DNA of 64,000 bases, from contig OZ250173.1 in the NCBI GenBank assembly GCA_965238075.1, forward strand, positions 1 to 64,000, given 5' to 3'. The translations under genes and the position numbers were made by a program. The notes under the pieces were generated by a model. That model saw only the letters and a program-made list of their open reading frames with translations, ran no database searches and had not been told where the DNA came from. Source of the DNA: Candidatus Entotheonellaceae bacterium (GTDB lineage Bacteria > Tectomicrobia > Entotheonellia > Entotheonellales > Entotheonellaceae). Below, piece by piece: positions 9,192-19,179 of the stretch (the stretch's first letter is position 1; each line of letters begins with the position of its first letter).

Positions 9192-10166
9192 CTATTCGGC
9201 CGCCAAGACGCAACGGAAACCGATTTCCAGGTGGCGGTCGGCAGCCAGGTCGTAATTGCGGTAGGCGGCGCGAATTTTGCCCCGATGGCTGCTCCAGCAG
9301 CCGCCGCGCAGCACGCGATACGGCGAGGCGTCCGTTGGGCCCGGCGGGTCGTGTGACGGCGCCGCCTGGTAGTAGTCCTTGATGTAACGGTCCCGGGCCC
9401 ATTCCCAGAGATTGCCGCCCATGTCGTGGGCGCCGTAAGGGCTGGCACCTTGCGGGAAGCTGCCCACCGGCTGGGTGAACACCGTCACGCCGTCGAGGTC
9501 CAGATTCCCCAGCAGCAGCACCCACTGCCGATCGCTGAGAATCGGATTCCCGAACGTGAATTCAACGTTGTTGGAATATGCTACCTGCCAAGTATCGCCC
9601 CAGGGATACGTCAGCCCGTCCGGACCGCGCGCCGCTTTTTCCCACTGCGCCTCGGTGGGCAGAGCCTTACCAGCCCAGCGGCAGTAAGCGTAGGCATCAT
9701 ACCAATCCACCGCAGTCACCGGATGGTTGGGGCCATTTAGGCGGCTGTCGCGCCAATACGTTGGGGTGTAGTCCTTGTCGGGTGGCGCGTCGGGATGCAT
9801 GGAGTGACGTTCGCCGCCTTTGAGCGCGTCCAGAAACACGCCGTATTGCCGGTTGGTGACCTCGAACTTGTCGATGTAATAGGCCGACAGGTAAATCGAG
9901 CGCTGCGGTGTTTCCACCATGAAGAAGTCACCGAACTGCCCGCTCAAAGCCTCTGCCCTCGCCTTGGTGGTGCCACGCAGAAAATACCCCGCCGGCACGT
10001 ACACCATGGCGGCATCGTCCCCGCCGTGAACGTAATCGCCGTGCGTCGCGCCGGTGACCAACGTTTCGGGCATGCGCTCTCCGAACCAGCCGGTGTCGGC
10101 CCAAGCGGGGTCCCCGAAGGCGACGCAGTACGCCAAAGCGATCAGGATAAGCAGCCAATGGCCCAT
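9192..10166 (-). CDS. Secreted FGE-sulfatase (SUMF1/EgtB/PvdO) domain protein
   Basis: Signal peptide from ATG 10166 (MGHWLL); IDKFEVTN, LPTEAQWEKAARG, DMGGNLWEW, RGG, GFRC; lacks the FGE CxxxxC motif. Confidence 0.88.
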   Translation of the reverse strand: MGHWLLILIALAYCVAFGDPAWADTGWFGERMPETLVTGATHGDYVHGGDDAAMVYVPAGYFLRGTTKARAEALSGQFGDFFMVETPQRSIYLSAYYIDKFEVTNRQYGVFLDALKGGERHSMHPDAPPDKDYTPTYWRDSRLNGPNHPVTAVDWYDAYAYCRWAGKALPTEAQWEKAARGPDGLTYPWGDTWQVAYSNNVEFTFGNPILSDRQWVLLLGNLDLDGVTVFTQPVGSFPQGASPYGAHDMGGNLWEWARDRYIKDYYQAAPSHDPPGPTDASPYRVLRGGCWSSHRGKIRAAYRNYDLAADRHLEIGFRCVLAAE

Positions 10167-10186
10167 GCCTTTGGCACGCCGTCGTG

Positions 10187-10891
10187 TCACAGATTCTGGC
10201 TGACCCACTCGTACCACGCCGTTGGTTTCGTGTGGCCGGTGATCTGCTCCAGGGCCACCTTGGCCTTGGCGGCGCCGACGCCGACGTGCTGCCCCCACTT
10301 GTCCATGACCAGCTTGATGAGCTTGGGTACGGCGCGCTTGATCTCCAGTTCTATGGCAATCTCAACGGCCCGGATGGCGATGGCGTCCACGTGATCATTG
10401 AGCGCGATGAGGATGGCCTTTTCCGCGCGTTTTTCTTCGTGGAAACGAATGCGGGCGACGTTCAGCAACATGTGGCGCACGCGCCAGTCGAGATGTTTGC
10501 GCACCGCCTTGTAGGTTTCCTTACGGGCGGACTTGTCTGTCATGTTTAGCAGCGCCGCTTCCGCCGCGTCGAGGAGCGGCCGGGCTTGTTGATCGTCGAC
10601 ATCCCCTAGCACGGTATCCCCTAGCCCGGCATACAGAATCGCCAAGGCACCTGCTTTGTCGTCCTGTGCGGCGTATTGGTCGAACAGGGCGAGGATGGTT
10701 GCGACGTCGCCGCTGTCCTTGGCGGCCGCGAAATCCTTGACGGCCTGCGCAGGCGGGGCCGGCCGTCTGGCGGCGTTGACAAAGCCGGCGGTGGCTGACA
10801 CCAACAGGAGTGCCGCACAGGCGATGCCGGCGATGCGGGCCAGCCGGGCGCGAAGGGAATGGTGAACGTCAATTACTGGCATGGGTTGCAT
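10187..10891 (-). CDS. Secreted alpha-helical HEAT/ARM-like hypothetical protein
   Basis: Signal-peptide-like N-terminus; DWRVR, ALND..AIRAVE, AVPKLIKL, ALEQITG are HEAT-like. Start 10891 or 10882, overlapping the upstream gene. Confidence 0.65.
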   Translation of the reverse strand: MQPMPVIDVHHSLRARLARIAGIACAALLLVSATAGFVNAARRPAPPAQAVKDFAAAKDSGDVATILALFDQYAAQDDKAGALAILYAGLGDTVLGDVDDQQARPLLDAAEAALLNMTDKSARKETYKAVRKHLDWRVRHMLLNVARIRFHEEKRAEKAILIALNDHVDAIAIRAVEIAIELEIKRAVPKLIKLVMDKWGQHVGVGAAKAKVALEQITGHTKPTAWYEWVSQNL

Positions 10892-12509
10892 GCGCGAATC
10901 TCCTCTCGCGAGTCTGATGCCGGGTGCGCAGGCGGCGCCAGCGCGGCTCAACCCACAATACCAGACCCGTTACGGATTGCACGATCATGAGAATGGCTAC
11001 AACGTCCAACACGTACTTGAACCAGGTTCCAAACAACTCGCCGCTGTGGGCATCGTGCAGCAGTTGGTACAGCGTGGTGGCGCGTACCGAGCGCTGCGGG
11101 CCGTACGGCGGGGCCAGGAGCGTTTCCTCCCACGGTGGGGGTTTGAGGGCGACAAGGCTGGTCATCCTCTGCGACAAAAGGGTATTGCCGGAAACCACGT
11201 GCATCGCCTGACGGTCAGCGTACAGCGCGTCGATAGGCTGCTCCAGCAGGTGTGTCCACTGGCCGCCGAAGTTGCGGCTCACCTGCAGGCCGCGCTCGTT
11301 GCCGATGTGCATGAAATTGACCCAGCCGGGGCCGACGTACAGGTGATCGACGTGCTTGAGGACCTCGGAACTGAACGTTTCGCCCACCGGTGCCCAGGTC
11401 TGCCCGCCGTCCTCGGTAGCGAACAGGCCGTAGGTATGGCCGACCCACATGTGGGCGGGGTTGCTGCGGCTGATTGCCAGGGTCCGCAGGTTCAGATAGA
11501 CCGGACCCTTCCAGCGGTTCGTGTCGAATTGTTCGGGGAACCACGCAGCCGGCGGGCCGTGGTTGGCGAACACGGAGAAATCCACGATGTGCAGCAGCAG
11601 GATACCGCTGATCGGCAAGAGGTAGAGCAGGGGCCAACTGACCAGGCCGCCGACGCGATGCAGGTGACGGAAATACCAGTGGCTTGCCGGTCGCGGCGCG
11701 TTCACGGCGTCGCGCCGTTTTTGCCTGCGGTGCCACCACAGCGCCACGCCCGTGTAAGCGAGCACCCCGAGCAGCAGCGCAAACGTGTGGTTCACCCACC
11801 ACCAATCGTTCTCCAGGAACACCTGACCGTTGTGCAAATGGAGCGCTACGGTCATCCAATCCAGCTTGCCGACGCCGCGCTCTTCGCCGTGGGGCGGAGC
11901 GAAAGAGGTGAGCTCCCAGCCTTCGTCCTCGTCCGGGTGCATGAGGCGCTGGTAGACGAAACCGTTCTCGTCGATGGCCACCGCCACGCCCCGGGGTGCG
12001 AAGATGAGTTGCACAATGCCGCTGGTCGACAGGTCCTCGTCGTACGACTCGCCGTACGGCTTCCAGTCCTCACCGCCGTTCATCGACAAGGCGATGCCGC
12101 GGCCCTTGCTGACCATCAGCATCTGCGTATCGCTGGGATTGGCGGCTAGCACGGGGGGGTACAAGCCCTCCCCGGCCACGAAATCGCCGGGGATGTCCTC
12201 GGTCACGTCCTGCCACGTCTGACCCCTGTCGAGGCTGCGGAAAACGCCCTGCCGATGCGTGGCGAACCAACCCTTTTCGGTGACGGCGATGGACTTGACG
12301 TGTTCGCCCCAGGTGTTGACTTCGTAGCGCGGCGGCAGCAAGGCGGATTGGATATGGACGTCGCGTAGCCGGAACTGATCGAGAGGGTAGATGAAGACAC
12401 CGGTAATGGCGAGAAATACGATCAGGACGAAGGTAGCCAGGGCGCTCCATACATGAACCTTGAACCACCGCTTGAAGTTCAAGCCCCCCTTCGCTCGTTG
12501 TCTTACCAT
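10869..12509 (-). CDS. PepSY-associated TM-helix protein with BNR/Asp-box periplasmic domains, internally duplicated
   Basis: HVWSAL, LHLHNG, HLHRVGG, LHDAHSG TM motifs; SLDRGQTW, SMNGGEDW, TEDGGQTW, SRNFGGQW repeats. Confidence 0.8.
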   Translation of the reverse strand: MVRQRAKGGLNFKRWFKVHVWSALATFVLIVFLAITGVFIYPLDQFRLRDVHIQSALLPPRYEVNTWGEHVKSIAVTEKGWFATHRQGVFRSLDRGQTWQDVTEDIPGDFVAGEGLYPPVLAANPSDTQMLMVSKGRGIALSMNGGEDWKPYGESYDEDLSTSGIVQLIFAPRGVAVAIDENGFVYQRLMHPDEDEGWELTSFAPPHGEERGVGKLDWMTVALHLHNGQVFLENDWWWVNHTFALLLGVLAYTGVALWWHRRQKRRDAVNAPRPASHWYFRHLHRVGGLVSWPLLYLLPISGILLLHIVDFSVFANHGPPAAWFPEQFDTNRWKGPVYLNLRTLAISRSNPAHMWVGHTYGLFATEDGGQTWAPVGETFSSEVLKHVDHLYVGPGWVNFMHIGNERGLQVSRNFGGQWTHLLEQPIDALYADRQAMHVVSGNTLLSQRMTSLVALKPPPWEETLLAPPYGPQRSVRATTLYQLLHDAHSGELFGTWFKYVLDVVAILMIVQSVTGLVLWVEPRWRRLRTRHQTRERRFAHATHASN

Positions 12510-12642
12510 GGTCCCTCCACAATCGGCGGCGTTGCTGGCAGGCAGGGGCCAGCGAGGGGTTGAAAGGCTGACTATATACGAGTATTAGGCGAAAGGAAAA
12601 TTCAATTTGGGCAGGGGATGGAAAACGCTTGCGCAGGGGCCA

Positions 12643-13686
12643 TCAGCCGCCGCGGGTGTGCATTTCGAGGTGGGGGTCCTGACGCAATCCTTCGAGCTGA
12701 ACGAGGGCGCCGCGGACACCGTTCCTCTCAAGGGCTTTCCTCTCCTCGGCGCCGCGGTCCGTGCGGCCCTGCCAAGTGCGCGTAACCAGCGACTTCAGCG
12801 CCTCCGGGGAGGCTCCGGCGCGCAGCGGTTGGCGGAGGTCGAGGCCGTCGGTGGCATACAGGCACAGGTACCACATGCCGTCGGCGGTCAGGCGGCTGCG
12901 GTCGCACGAGCGGCAAAACGGCGCCGTGGTGGAGGCGATGATGCCGAAGATCGTGTTATCGGGCAGCATCAAGCGCTCGGCGGGCGCGCGGCTGTTCTCG
13001 TTGAGCGGGGTAATGGGACCGTAGTAGCGGGAAAGCGTGTCGAGAATGTCGGCGCGCGCCAGCACCTTGTCCATGCGCCAATGGGTAGCACCGCCGACGT
13101 CCATGTATTCAATAAAGCGTACTTCCGCGTCAACCTGTTTGCCGTATTCGATCAGGTCGATGAGTTCGTCGTCGTTGTACCCCTGCATGGCCACGGTGTC
13201 GAGCTTCAGGTCCTTGAATCCGACCGCCCGCGCCGTCTCGATGCCCTGCAGAACGCGGGCGTGCGTGGTGCGCCGGGTCAGAGCTGTGAAACGATCCGGG
13301 CGCAAGGTGTCGAGGCTGACGGTCACGCGGTGTAGCCCTGCTGCAAACAGGTCGGCGGCTTGGTCGGCAAGCAGCACGCCGTTGGTGGTCAGCGCGAGAT
13401 CGTTGAGGCGGGGATTGGTGGCCAGCATGCGGATGAGTAACGGCAGGTCGCGGCGCAACAGCGGTTCGCCGCCGGTGAGGCGGACTTTTTCCACCCCCAA
13501 TTCGGCAAACAGGCCAACCAGGGTGTTCATCTCCTCAAATGTCAGCAAGTCCTCGCGCGGCAGCCAGAGGTAATCCTCCTCGGGCATGCAATACTGGCAG
13601 CGCAGGTTGCAGCGGTCGGTGACCGACAGGCGCAGATTGGTCATGGGCCGGTCGAACACGTCGGTGAGGTAGGGTGCTGGGGCCAT
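12643..13686 (-). CDS. moaA: GTP 3',8-cyclase (molybdopterin biosynthesis radical SAM)
   Basis: CNLRCQYC, LTGGEP, C-terminal CxxC...C cluster, ends MHTRGG; start reassigned to ATG 13686. Confidence 0.95.
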   Translation of the reverse strand: MAPAPYLTDVFDRPMTNLRLSVTDRCNLRCQYCMPEEDYLWLPREDLLTFEEMNTLVGLFAELGVEKVRLTGGEPLLRRDLPLLIRMLATNPRLNDLALTTNGVLLADQAADLFAAGLHRVTVSLDTLRPDRFTALTRRTTHARVLQGIETARAVGFKDLKLDTVAMQGYNDDELIDLIEYGKQVDAEVRFIEYMDVGGATHWRMDKVLARADILDTLSRYYGPITPLNENSRAPAERLMLPDNTIFGIIASTTAPFCRSCDRSRLTADGMWYLCLYATDGLDLRQPLRAGASPEALKSLVTRTWQGRTDRGAEERKALERNGVRGALVQLEGLRQDPHLEMHTRGG

Positions 13687-13759
13687 GGTTGCCGTTTCTA
13701 TGGTATTGGGATCGTGCTCGTAGCGGGCGGCTTCCAGCCCTGCGGGCAGCGGTGCGCAG

Positions 13760-13788
13760 ACTATAAGGGGCGGTTGGGGTGCTGTCAA
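13760..13788 (-). promoter_or_regulatory. sigma70 promoter for moaA
   Basis: TTGACA-17 bp-TATAGT on the minus strand. Confidence 0.7.
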
Positions 13789-13807
13789 ACCGCCGTGGCA
13801 AGGCGTC

Positions 13808-13836
13808 TTGCGCTGGTGGCGGCTTGCGGATAAACT
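13808..13836 (+). promoter_or_regulatory. Putative sigma70 promoter for the hydrolase-LLM operon
   Basis: TTGCGC-17 bp-TAAACT, divergent from the moaA promoter. Confidence 0.5.
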
Positions 13837-13882
13837 GCCGCGCATCGAAGCAACGGGCATCCAGACAAGGAGAGCAAGGCGA

Positions 13883-14677
13883 ATGACGATGGCGGAACAG
13901 GCTTACCAGGAAGAACGCATGGCGCTTGCCGACACCGAGTTGTACCTCTTGAAGGGGGGCGATGGCCGACCGCTTTTGGTGCTGCACGGCGTCGAGGGGC
14001 ACGAGGGCTGGCTGCCGGTCCACGATGCCCTGGCGGCTAAGGCGACCGTGTATGCGCCGGCGCATCCGGGCTACGGCGAGACGGCTCGGCCCGAGTGGCT
14101 GGAAACCATCGTGCACCAGGCGGTCTTCTATCACTGGTTCATCGAGCGGGCGGGCTTGGCCGGGCTGGACGTCGTCGGCTTCGGCATCGGCGGTTGGATC
14201 GCCGCGCAGATGGCCGTCATGTGCCCGCAGAATCTGCGCCGTCTGGTTCTAGTGAACGCCGCCGGAATTCACCCGCAGGAAAGTGACATCCTCGACATCT
14301 TCATCCTTCCCTGGAAACAAGTGATCGAGCGCGGCTTTTACGACGCTGAGGGGTGCCCGGAGTATCACCGGCTGTACGGCGGTGAGTGGCAGGAGTTCGG
14401 CGGGCCGCGCGAGGCCGGGCGTACCATGTCCATCCGCATGTGCTTTCGGCCCTTCATGTACGACACGGCGCTGCCGGACATGCTGGGCAAGGTCACGCTG
14501 CCGACCCTGGTGGTGTGGGGCGCCGATAACCACATTATCCCGCCGGAATGCGGCCGGCTTTATCAGCAAGCCATCCCCGGCGCTACCCTGCATGAGATCG
14601 AACGCTGCGGACACTGGCCGCACTTCGAGCGACCCGAGGAGCTTGCCGGCGTGATCCAGACGTTCCTGGCTCCGTAG
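13883..14677 (+). CDS. Alpha/beta-hydrolase-fold protein lacking the nucleophile Ser (GFGIG)
   Basis: LLVLHG, PAHPGYG, VGFGIGGW, PTLVVWG, CGHWPHFE. Confidence 0.88.
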   Translation: MTMAEQAYQEERMALADTELYLLKGGDGRPLLVLHGVEGHEGWLPVHDALAAKATVYAPAHPGYGETARPEWLETIVHQAVFYHWFIERAGLAGLDVVGFGIGGWIAAQMAVMCPQNLRRLVLVNAAGIHPQESDILDIFILPWKQVIERGFYDAEGCPEYHRLYGGEWQEFGGPREAGRTMSIRMCFRPFMYDTALPDMLGKVTLPTLVVWGADNHIIPPECGRLYQQAIPGATLHEIERCGHWPHFERPEELAGVIQTFLAP

Positions 14678-14698
14678 GGGCGGGTTTCACCCCGTCCG
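14674..14698 (+). repeat. GTAG-type REP-like element
   Basis: gtaggggcgggtttcaccccgtccg overlapping the stop codon. Confidence 0.5.
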
Positions 14699-14741
14699 CC
14701 GCGTGTGCCCGCACCGTACTCACTACCGTAAGGAGTGCTCC

Positions 14742-15884
14742 ATGGCCCCCACCCAGTACTACTACTTCACCGAACAACCCTACACGGGCTACGACCCCGC
14801 GGTGCAGGAAGAGCACCCTGCCCTGCGCCTCACCCTGCCGAATAGCCTGTACGACTCGCGCCTTGCCAGCGAGCTTTACAACCGCTATCACGACGAATAC
14901 CAGATTGCGGATGAGGCCGGCTTCGACGGCATCATGATCAACGAGCACCACACGGCGCCGTTCTGCATGCAGGCATCGATCAACATTACCGGCGCGGTGC
15001 TGGCCAAGATCACCCGGCGCGCCAAGATCATCATGCTGGGCAATCCTCTGCCGGTGGTGGACAACCCGCTGCGTCTGGCCGAGGAACTGGCCATGATCGA
15101 CTGCATCTCGCGCGGTCGGTTGGTTTCCGGGGTGGTGCGTGGCGGCGGTGTGGAGAGCTTGGCGAACAACGTCAACCCGGCGCACAACCGCGAGCGTTTT
15201 GAGGAAGCCCACGACCTCATCATCGCGGCCTGGACGCGCCCCGGACCGTTTCGCTGGGAGGGCAAGCATTTTCAATACCGCGTGGTGAACCCGTGGGCGT
15301 TGCCGCTGCAGAAGCCGCACCCGCCCATGATGGTGCCCGGCACTGCCAGCCCGGAGACGGTCATTTGGGCCGCCAAGCACCGCTACCCCTACATCGTGCT
15401 CGGATCGTTCCTGGAACAAACCCAGGAGCTTATTCAGATTTACCGTGAGACGGCTGAAGAGGAGGGGTACGAGATGCAGCCGGAGAACATCGGCTATCTG
15501 ATTCGCTGCTTCGTATCGGATACCGAGGAGCACGCTCAGGAGCAAGGCAAGAACTTTTTCTGGCAGAACGGCGCGCTCAATAAACAGCCGCGTGAGTGGA
15601 TGGCACCGCCGGGATACGCCACCGTCGACGTGGCGGGGATTCGGCGCCTGCGGGCGATATCGCGCTCTTTCGATTCCCTGGCTTACGAGGAGGCGCAGAA
15701 GAACTACCAAGTGGTGATCGGCACGCCGGATCAGGTTATCGAGAAGCTGCGCTACGTGCGCGACTTGCTCGGCGTCGGCCACATGTGCCTGTGGAGCCAT
15801 GACGGTTACATGACCCACCAGGACACGGTGCGGAGCATCGAGTTGTTCGGCAAAGAGGTGCTGCCGGCTCTGCGCGACGCGTAG
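14742..15884 (+). CDS. Luciferase-like (LLM) flavin-dependent oxidoreductase
   Basis: GFDGIMINEHH, NPLRLAEELAMIDCISRGRL, LQKPHPP, ELFGKEVLP; AAGGAG RBS before ATG 14742. Confidence 0.93.
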   Translation: MAPTQYYYFTEQPYTGYDPAVQEEHPALRLTLPNSLYDSRLASELYNRYHDEYQIADEAGFDGIMINEHHTAPFCMQASINITGAVLAKITRRAKIIMLGNPLPVVDNPLRLAEELAMIDCISRGRLVSGVVRGGGVESLANNVNPAHNRERFEEAHDLIIAAWTRPGPFRWEGKHFQYRVVNPWALPLQKPHPPMMVPGTASPETVIWAAKHRYPYIVLGSFLEQTQELIQIYRETAEEEGYEMQPENIGYLIRCFVSDTEEHAQEQGKNFFWQNGALNKQPREWMAPPGYATVDVAGIRRLRAISRSFDSLAYEEAQKNYQVVIGTPDQVIEKLRYVRDLLGVGHMCLWSHDGYMTHQDTVRSIELFGKEVLPALRDA

Positions 15885-15901
15885 CAACGGCTTGATCAGG
15901 G

Positions 15902-16366
15902 GTGAGGGACGCGGTGCATCGGCCGGAACGGCAACAATTCGTGTCGCGTCCGCGCGGCGAGGTATTCGCGTTTTTCGCCGAGGCCCAAAACCTCGAAATG
16001 CTCACCCCGGCTTTTCTCAACTTCCGTATTCTTACCCCTCAGCCGCTGGACATGCGCAGCGGCACCCTCATCGACTACCGTATCCGTCTAGGCGGGATCC
16101 CCATGCGCTGGCGAACGTGCATCGAAACGTTAGACGCCCCGCTGCGCTTCGTTGACGTGCAACTCTCCGGCCCTTACCGCTACTGGCACCATCCGCATGA
16201 ATTCCAAGACGTACCTGGCGGCACCTGGGTGATCGACTGGATCACCTATTCCCTGCCCTTCGGCTTCTTGGGCGCCTTGGCGCACTGGCTGTTCGTGCGT
16301 CGCGCACTGGGACGTATCTTCGAATACCGACAGCAGCGATTGGCGGAGGTTTTCCTCGGCGGGTGA
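15902..16366 (+). CDS. SRPBCC family protein
   Basis: VFAFF..AQNLEMLTP, FVDVQLSGPYRYWHH, IFEYR. Confidence 0.85.
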   Translation: MRDAVHRPERQQFVSRPRGEVFAFFAEAQNLEMLTPAFLNFRILTPQPLDMRSGTLIDYRIRLGGIPMRWRTCIETLDAPLRFVDVQLSGPYRYWHHPHEFQDVPGGTWVIDWITYSLPFGFLGALAHWLFVRRALGRIFEYRQQRLAEVFLGG

Positions 16367-16382
16367 GGCGGGCTGGATGTTG

Positions 16383-17252
16383 CTAGGCTGGAAACTGCCC
16401 GAGCTGCTTGTGCACCAGCTCAGCGGCAGGGTCATACAGCGAATCAACAATGGAAAAATGGTCGAGATTTTCGGGTACGATGACCTCCGTGTGGGCACCG
16501 CGGGCGCGCCAGAAGTCGGCCATCAGGTGCGTCTGACGGTGGTATTCCCCGGACTCGTCGGCGCCCACGATGAGAAGCAGCGGTGCCTGGGTCGCGTACG
16601 ACTGCTGTACCGGTGAGTTGCAGACAGCCATTTCCGGGGTCATGCGCAGCGTGTCGTTCAGGTAGGAAAGCTGAATCGGTTCGAGATCGAACAGGCCGCT
16701 AATGGCGCAGACGCCCTTCACCGCGTCCTGGGGGACGCCGGGTGCGAACGTTGGCCAATCAGTGGCGAGCATCATGCACGCCAGATGGCCGCCGGCCGAG
16801 TGGCCGCAGACGTAGATGCGATCCGGGTCGCCGCCGTACTCCGCAGCGTGGCGATACAACCAGGCAATGGCCGCCCGGTTCTGGCGCACGATCTCGTCCA
16901 TATCCACCGCAGGCGCTAGGTCGTAATTGTTGACCACCGTCATGACGCCGTGCGGCTGCATGCCCTGCGCCACGTAGCTGCAGTCGGCTTTATCCAACGA
17001 ATACCAATAGCCGCCATGTACAAACACGTAAATCGGCGCGCCTTGGCCCTCAGCCGGGAAGATGTCGATGGCCTCCTTGGGGCGTGCCCCGAAGGCCACG
17101 TCGAGATGCCCTTCCAGCGCGGCACGCGTCTTGACGCTGTGCTCGGTCCAGGCGTTGAAGCGCTCCTTGTAGTCCGGGAAGCGCCGACGGTTGTTGTATT
17201 GGGCGTCGAGGGCCTGTTGATCCAGATCACGATATACGAGTGGTGCGGACAT
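16383..17252 (-). CDS. Alpha/beta hydrolase, arylformamidase-like
   Basis: HGGYW, GHSAGGH, SGLFDLEP, DHF; start ATG 17252 with GGAGG RBS. Confidence 0.88.
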   Translation of the reverse strand: MSAPLVYRDLDQQALDAQYNNRRRFPDYKERFNAWTEHSVKTRAALEGHLDVAFGARPKEAIDIFPAEGQGAPIYVFVHGGYWYSLDKADCSYVAQGMQPHGVMTVVNNYDLAPAVDMDEIVRQNRAAIAWLYRHAAEYGGDPDRIYVCGHSAGGHLACMMLATDWPTFAPGVPQDAVKGVCAISGLFDLEPIQLSYLNDTLRMTPEMAVCNSPVQQSYATQAPLLLIVGADESGEYHRQTHLMADFWRARGAHTEVIVPENLDHFSIVDSLYDPAAELVHKQLGQFPA

Positions 17253-17286
17253 CGTTCCTCCTGAAGCGGTGGCGGGCGGTGGTGCC

Positions 17287-17751
17287 TCAAGCGCCGGCGG
17301 GTTGCTGTATCCGCTCGTCGATTCTCTGCTTCTGCCCTGGGGTTGGCATGGCGGAGCCGTCCGCCCGGATGGTGGCGTAGGTCGCTGGGCTGGTGAGTTC
17401 GAGCAGTTCCAGGTCCTCGGAATAATCCCGCAATTCGTGCAGCAGATTGCCCGGCACGGTGACGGCATCGCCCTCGCGATAAACGAGTTCCTCATCGCGG
17501 TCGGCATAGTAAAAACTCACCCACCCCTTGAGCACCAGGGCGAATTGCATATCGACGACGTGCCGGTGCAGTCCGTTGCGACCGCCGTTCAGATGCTTGG
17601 CCTTAATCACGTGGGCGTGGAAATCGCCGCCGGTGGCGTCGCCGAGGCCGAGGTCGCGGTAAACGAATTCCTCACGCAAGCCGTCCGTTTCGTACTCGGC
17701 GCCGTCGGCGCGACTGACCACTAACCGGTAGTTCTTGCTTTCCTGCGACAT
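17287..17751 (-). CDS. Cupin domain protein
   Basis: GLREEFVYRDLG, HRH...Q..VLKGW, PGNLLHE. Confidence 0.85.
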   Translation of the reverse strand: MSQESKNYRLVVSRADGAEYETDGLREEFVYRDLGLGDATGGDFHAHVIKAKHLNGGRNGLHRHVVDMQFALVLKGWVSFYYADRDEELVYREGDAVTVPGNLLHELRDYSEDLELLELTSPATYATIRADGSAMPTPGQKQRIDERIQQPAGA

Positions 17752-17769
17752 GATGCCCTCCTTGCGAAC

Positions 17770-18660
17770 TCAATCGATGATCTTGTTCAGCGGATATTCG
17801 ACGATGCCGCTCGCCCCCGCCTCCTTGAGGCGCGGGATGAGGTCGCGCACCACCGACTCATCAATGACCGTGTTGACCGCCACCCAGTCGCCGTTGGCCA
17901 GCGACGAGACGGTCGGCTTCTGCAACGCCGGCAACGCCTTGAGTACCTCGCCCAGGTGGGCTTCGGGGACATTCATCATCAGCCCCACCTTGCCCTCGGC
18001 GGCGATGGCGCCGCGCAGCATGAGGGTGATGTTTTCGATTTTCTTGCGTTTCCAATCATCCTCCCAGGCCGCAGTGTTGGCGATCAGGCGCGGCGTGCTC
18101 TCGAGGATGGTGTCAACGATACGAAGGTTGTTGGCCCGCAGCGAGCTACCGGTCTCAGTCACCTCAACGATAGCGTCGGCAAGTTGCGGCGGCTTGACCT
18201 CAGTGGCGCCCCAGGAAAATTCCACGTGCGCCTGCACGCCGTGGTTCTTCAAATAATCCGTGGTGAGGTTGACCGCTTCCGTGGCAATGTGCTTGCCTTG
18301 CAGGTCACGCGGATCCTGAATGGGCGAATCCTGCGGCACGGCAAGCACCCAACGCACGGGACGGCGGCTGACTTTGGAAAACACCAACTCGGCCACCTCG
18401 ACGACCTGCGCGCGGTTCTCGACGATCCAGTCGTGGCCCGTCAGGCCGGCGTCCATCACGCCGTCTTCCACGTAGCGGGCGATTTCCTGGGCGCGGATGA
18501 GGATGCAGGTGATTTCCGGATCGTCGATGGTGGGGTAATACGAACGCGAGGGAAAGTTGATCTGATAACCGGCCTTGCGGAACAGCCCGGCGGTGGCCTC
18601 CTGCAGGCTGCCGGCCGGGATGCCTAGCTTCAATATCTGGGGTTGCGTCATGTCGGCCAT
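17770..18660 (-). CDS. hisG: ATP phosphoribosyltransferase (long form)
   Basis: [35 protein letters not shown]-terminal regulatory domain. Confidence 0.95.
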   Translation of the reverse strand: MADMTQPQILKLGIPAGSLQEATAGLFRKAGYQINFPSRSYYPTIDDPEITCILIRAQEIARYVEDGVMDAGLTGHDWIVENRAQVVEVAELVFSKVSRRPVRWVLAVPQDSPIQDPRDLQGKHIATEAVNLTTDYLKNHGVQAHVEFSWGATEVKPPQLADAIVEVTETGSSLRANNLRIVDTILESTPRLIANTAAWEDDWKRKKIENITLMLRGAIAAEGKVGLMMNVPEAHLGEVLKALPALQKPTVSSLANGDWVAVNTVIDESVVRDLIPRLKEAGASGIVEYPLNKIID

Positions 18661-19056
18661 CTATGCGTTGGTGTTGTAAACTTGGCGCGGATCGAAGACG
18701 CGTCGCGCGACGACCTGCAATTTGTCGTCTGCCACGCGGCGAAAGAAACAGCTTGGATAACCCTCGTGACAGGCCGCGTCGCCGGCTTGTCGGACCTTGA
18801 GAAGCAGGGTGTCGGCGTCACAATCCACGTAAACCCCCCGTACTTCCTGCACGTTGCCGCTCTCCTCCCCTTTGCGCCAGAGGCGGTTGCGGCTGCGGGA
18901 GAAATAGCACGCACGGCCCGTGCGCAGGGTTTCAGCGAAGGCTTCGTGGTTCATGTAGGCCATCATCAGCACCTCGCCGGTGGCCTCGTCCTGCGTGATG
19001 ACGGGCACCATCCCGCCTGCTTTGTCGAAATCGATCACCTTCTCCCAATTGGACAA
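18661..19056 (-). CDS. hisI: Phosphoribosyl-AMP cyclohydrolase
   Basis: [30 protein letters not shown]. Confidence 0.95.
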   Translation of the reverse strand: MSNWEKVIDFDKAGGMVPVITQDEATGEVLMMAYMNHEAFAETLRTGRACYFSRSRNRLWRKGEESGNVQEVRGVYVDCDADTLLLKVRQAGDAACHEGYPSCFFRRVADDKLQVVARRVFDPRQVYNTNA

Positions 19057-19179
19057 TGCTTATCCTCCTTGTTTGCCGTAGCCGCGAGGCCCGAAGTCTA
19101 CCACAGGTGCGGCGGCGCCTGCTATGATGGGCCGTATTCACTCTGGTCTTAAACCCGCTCTGTCAGGAGACACTGATTT

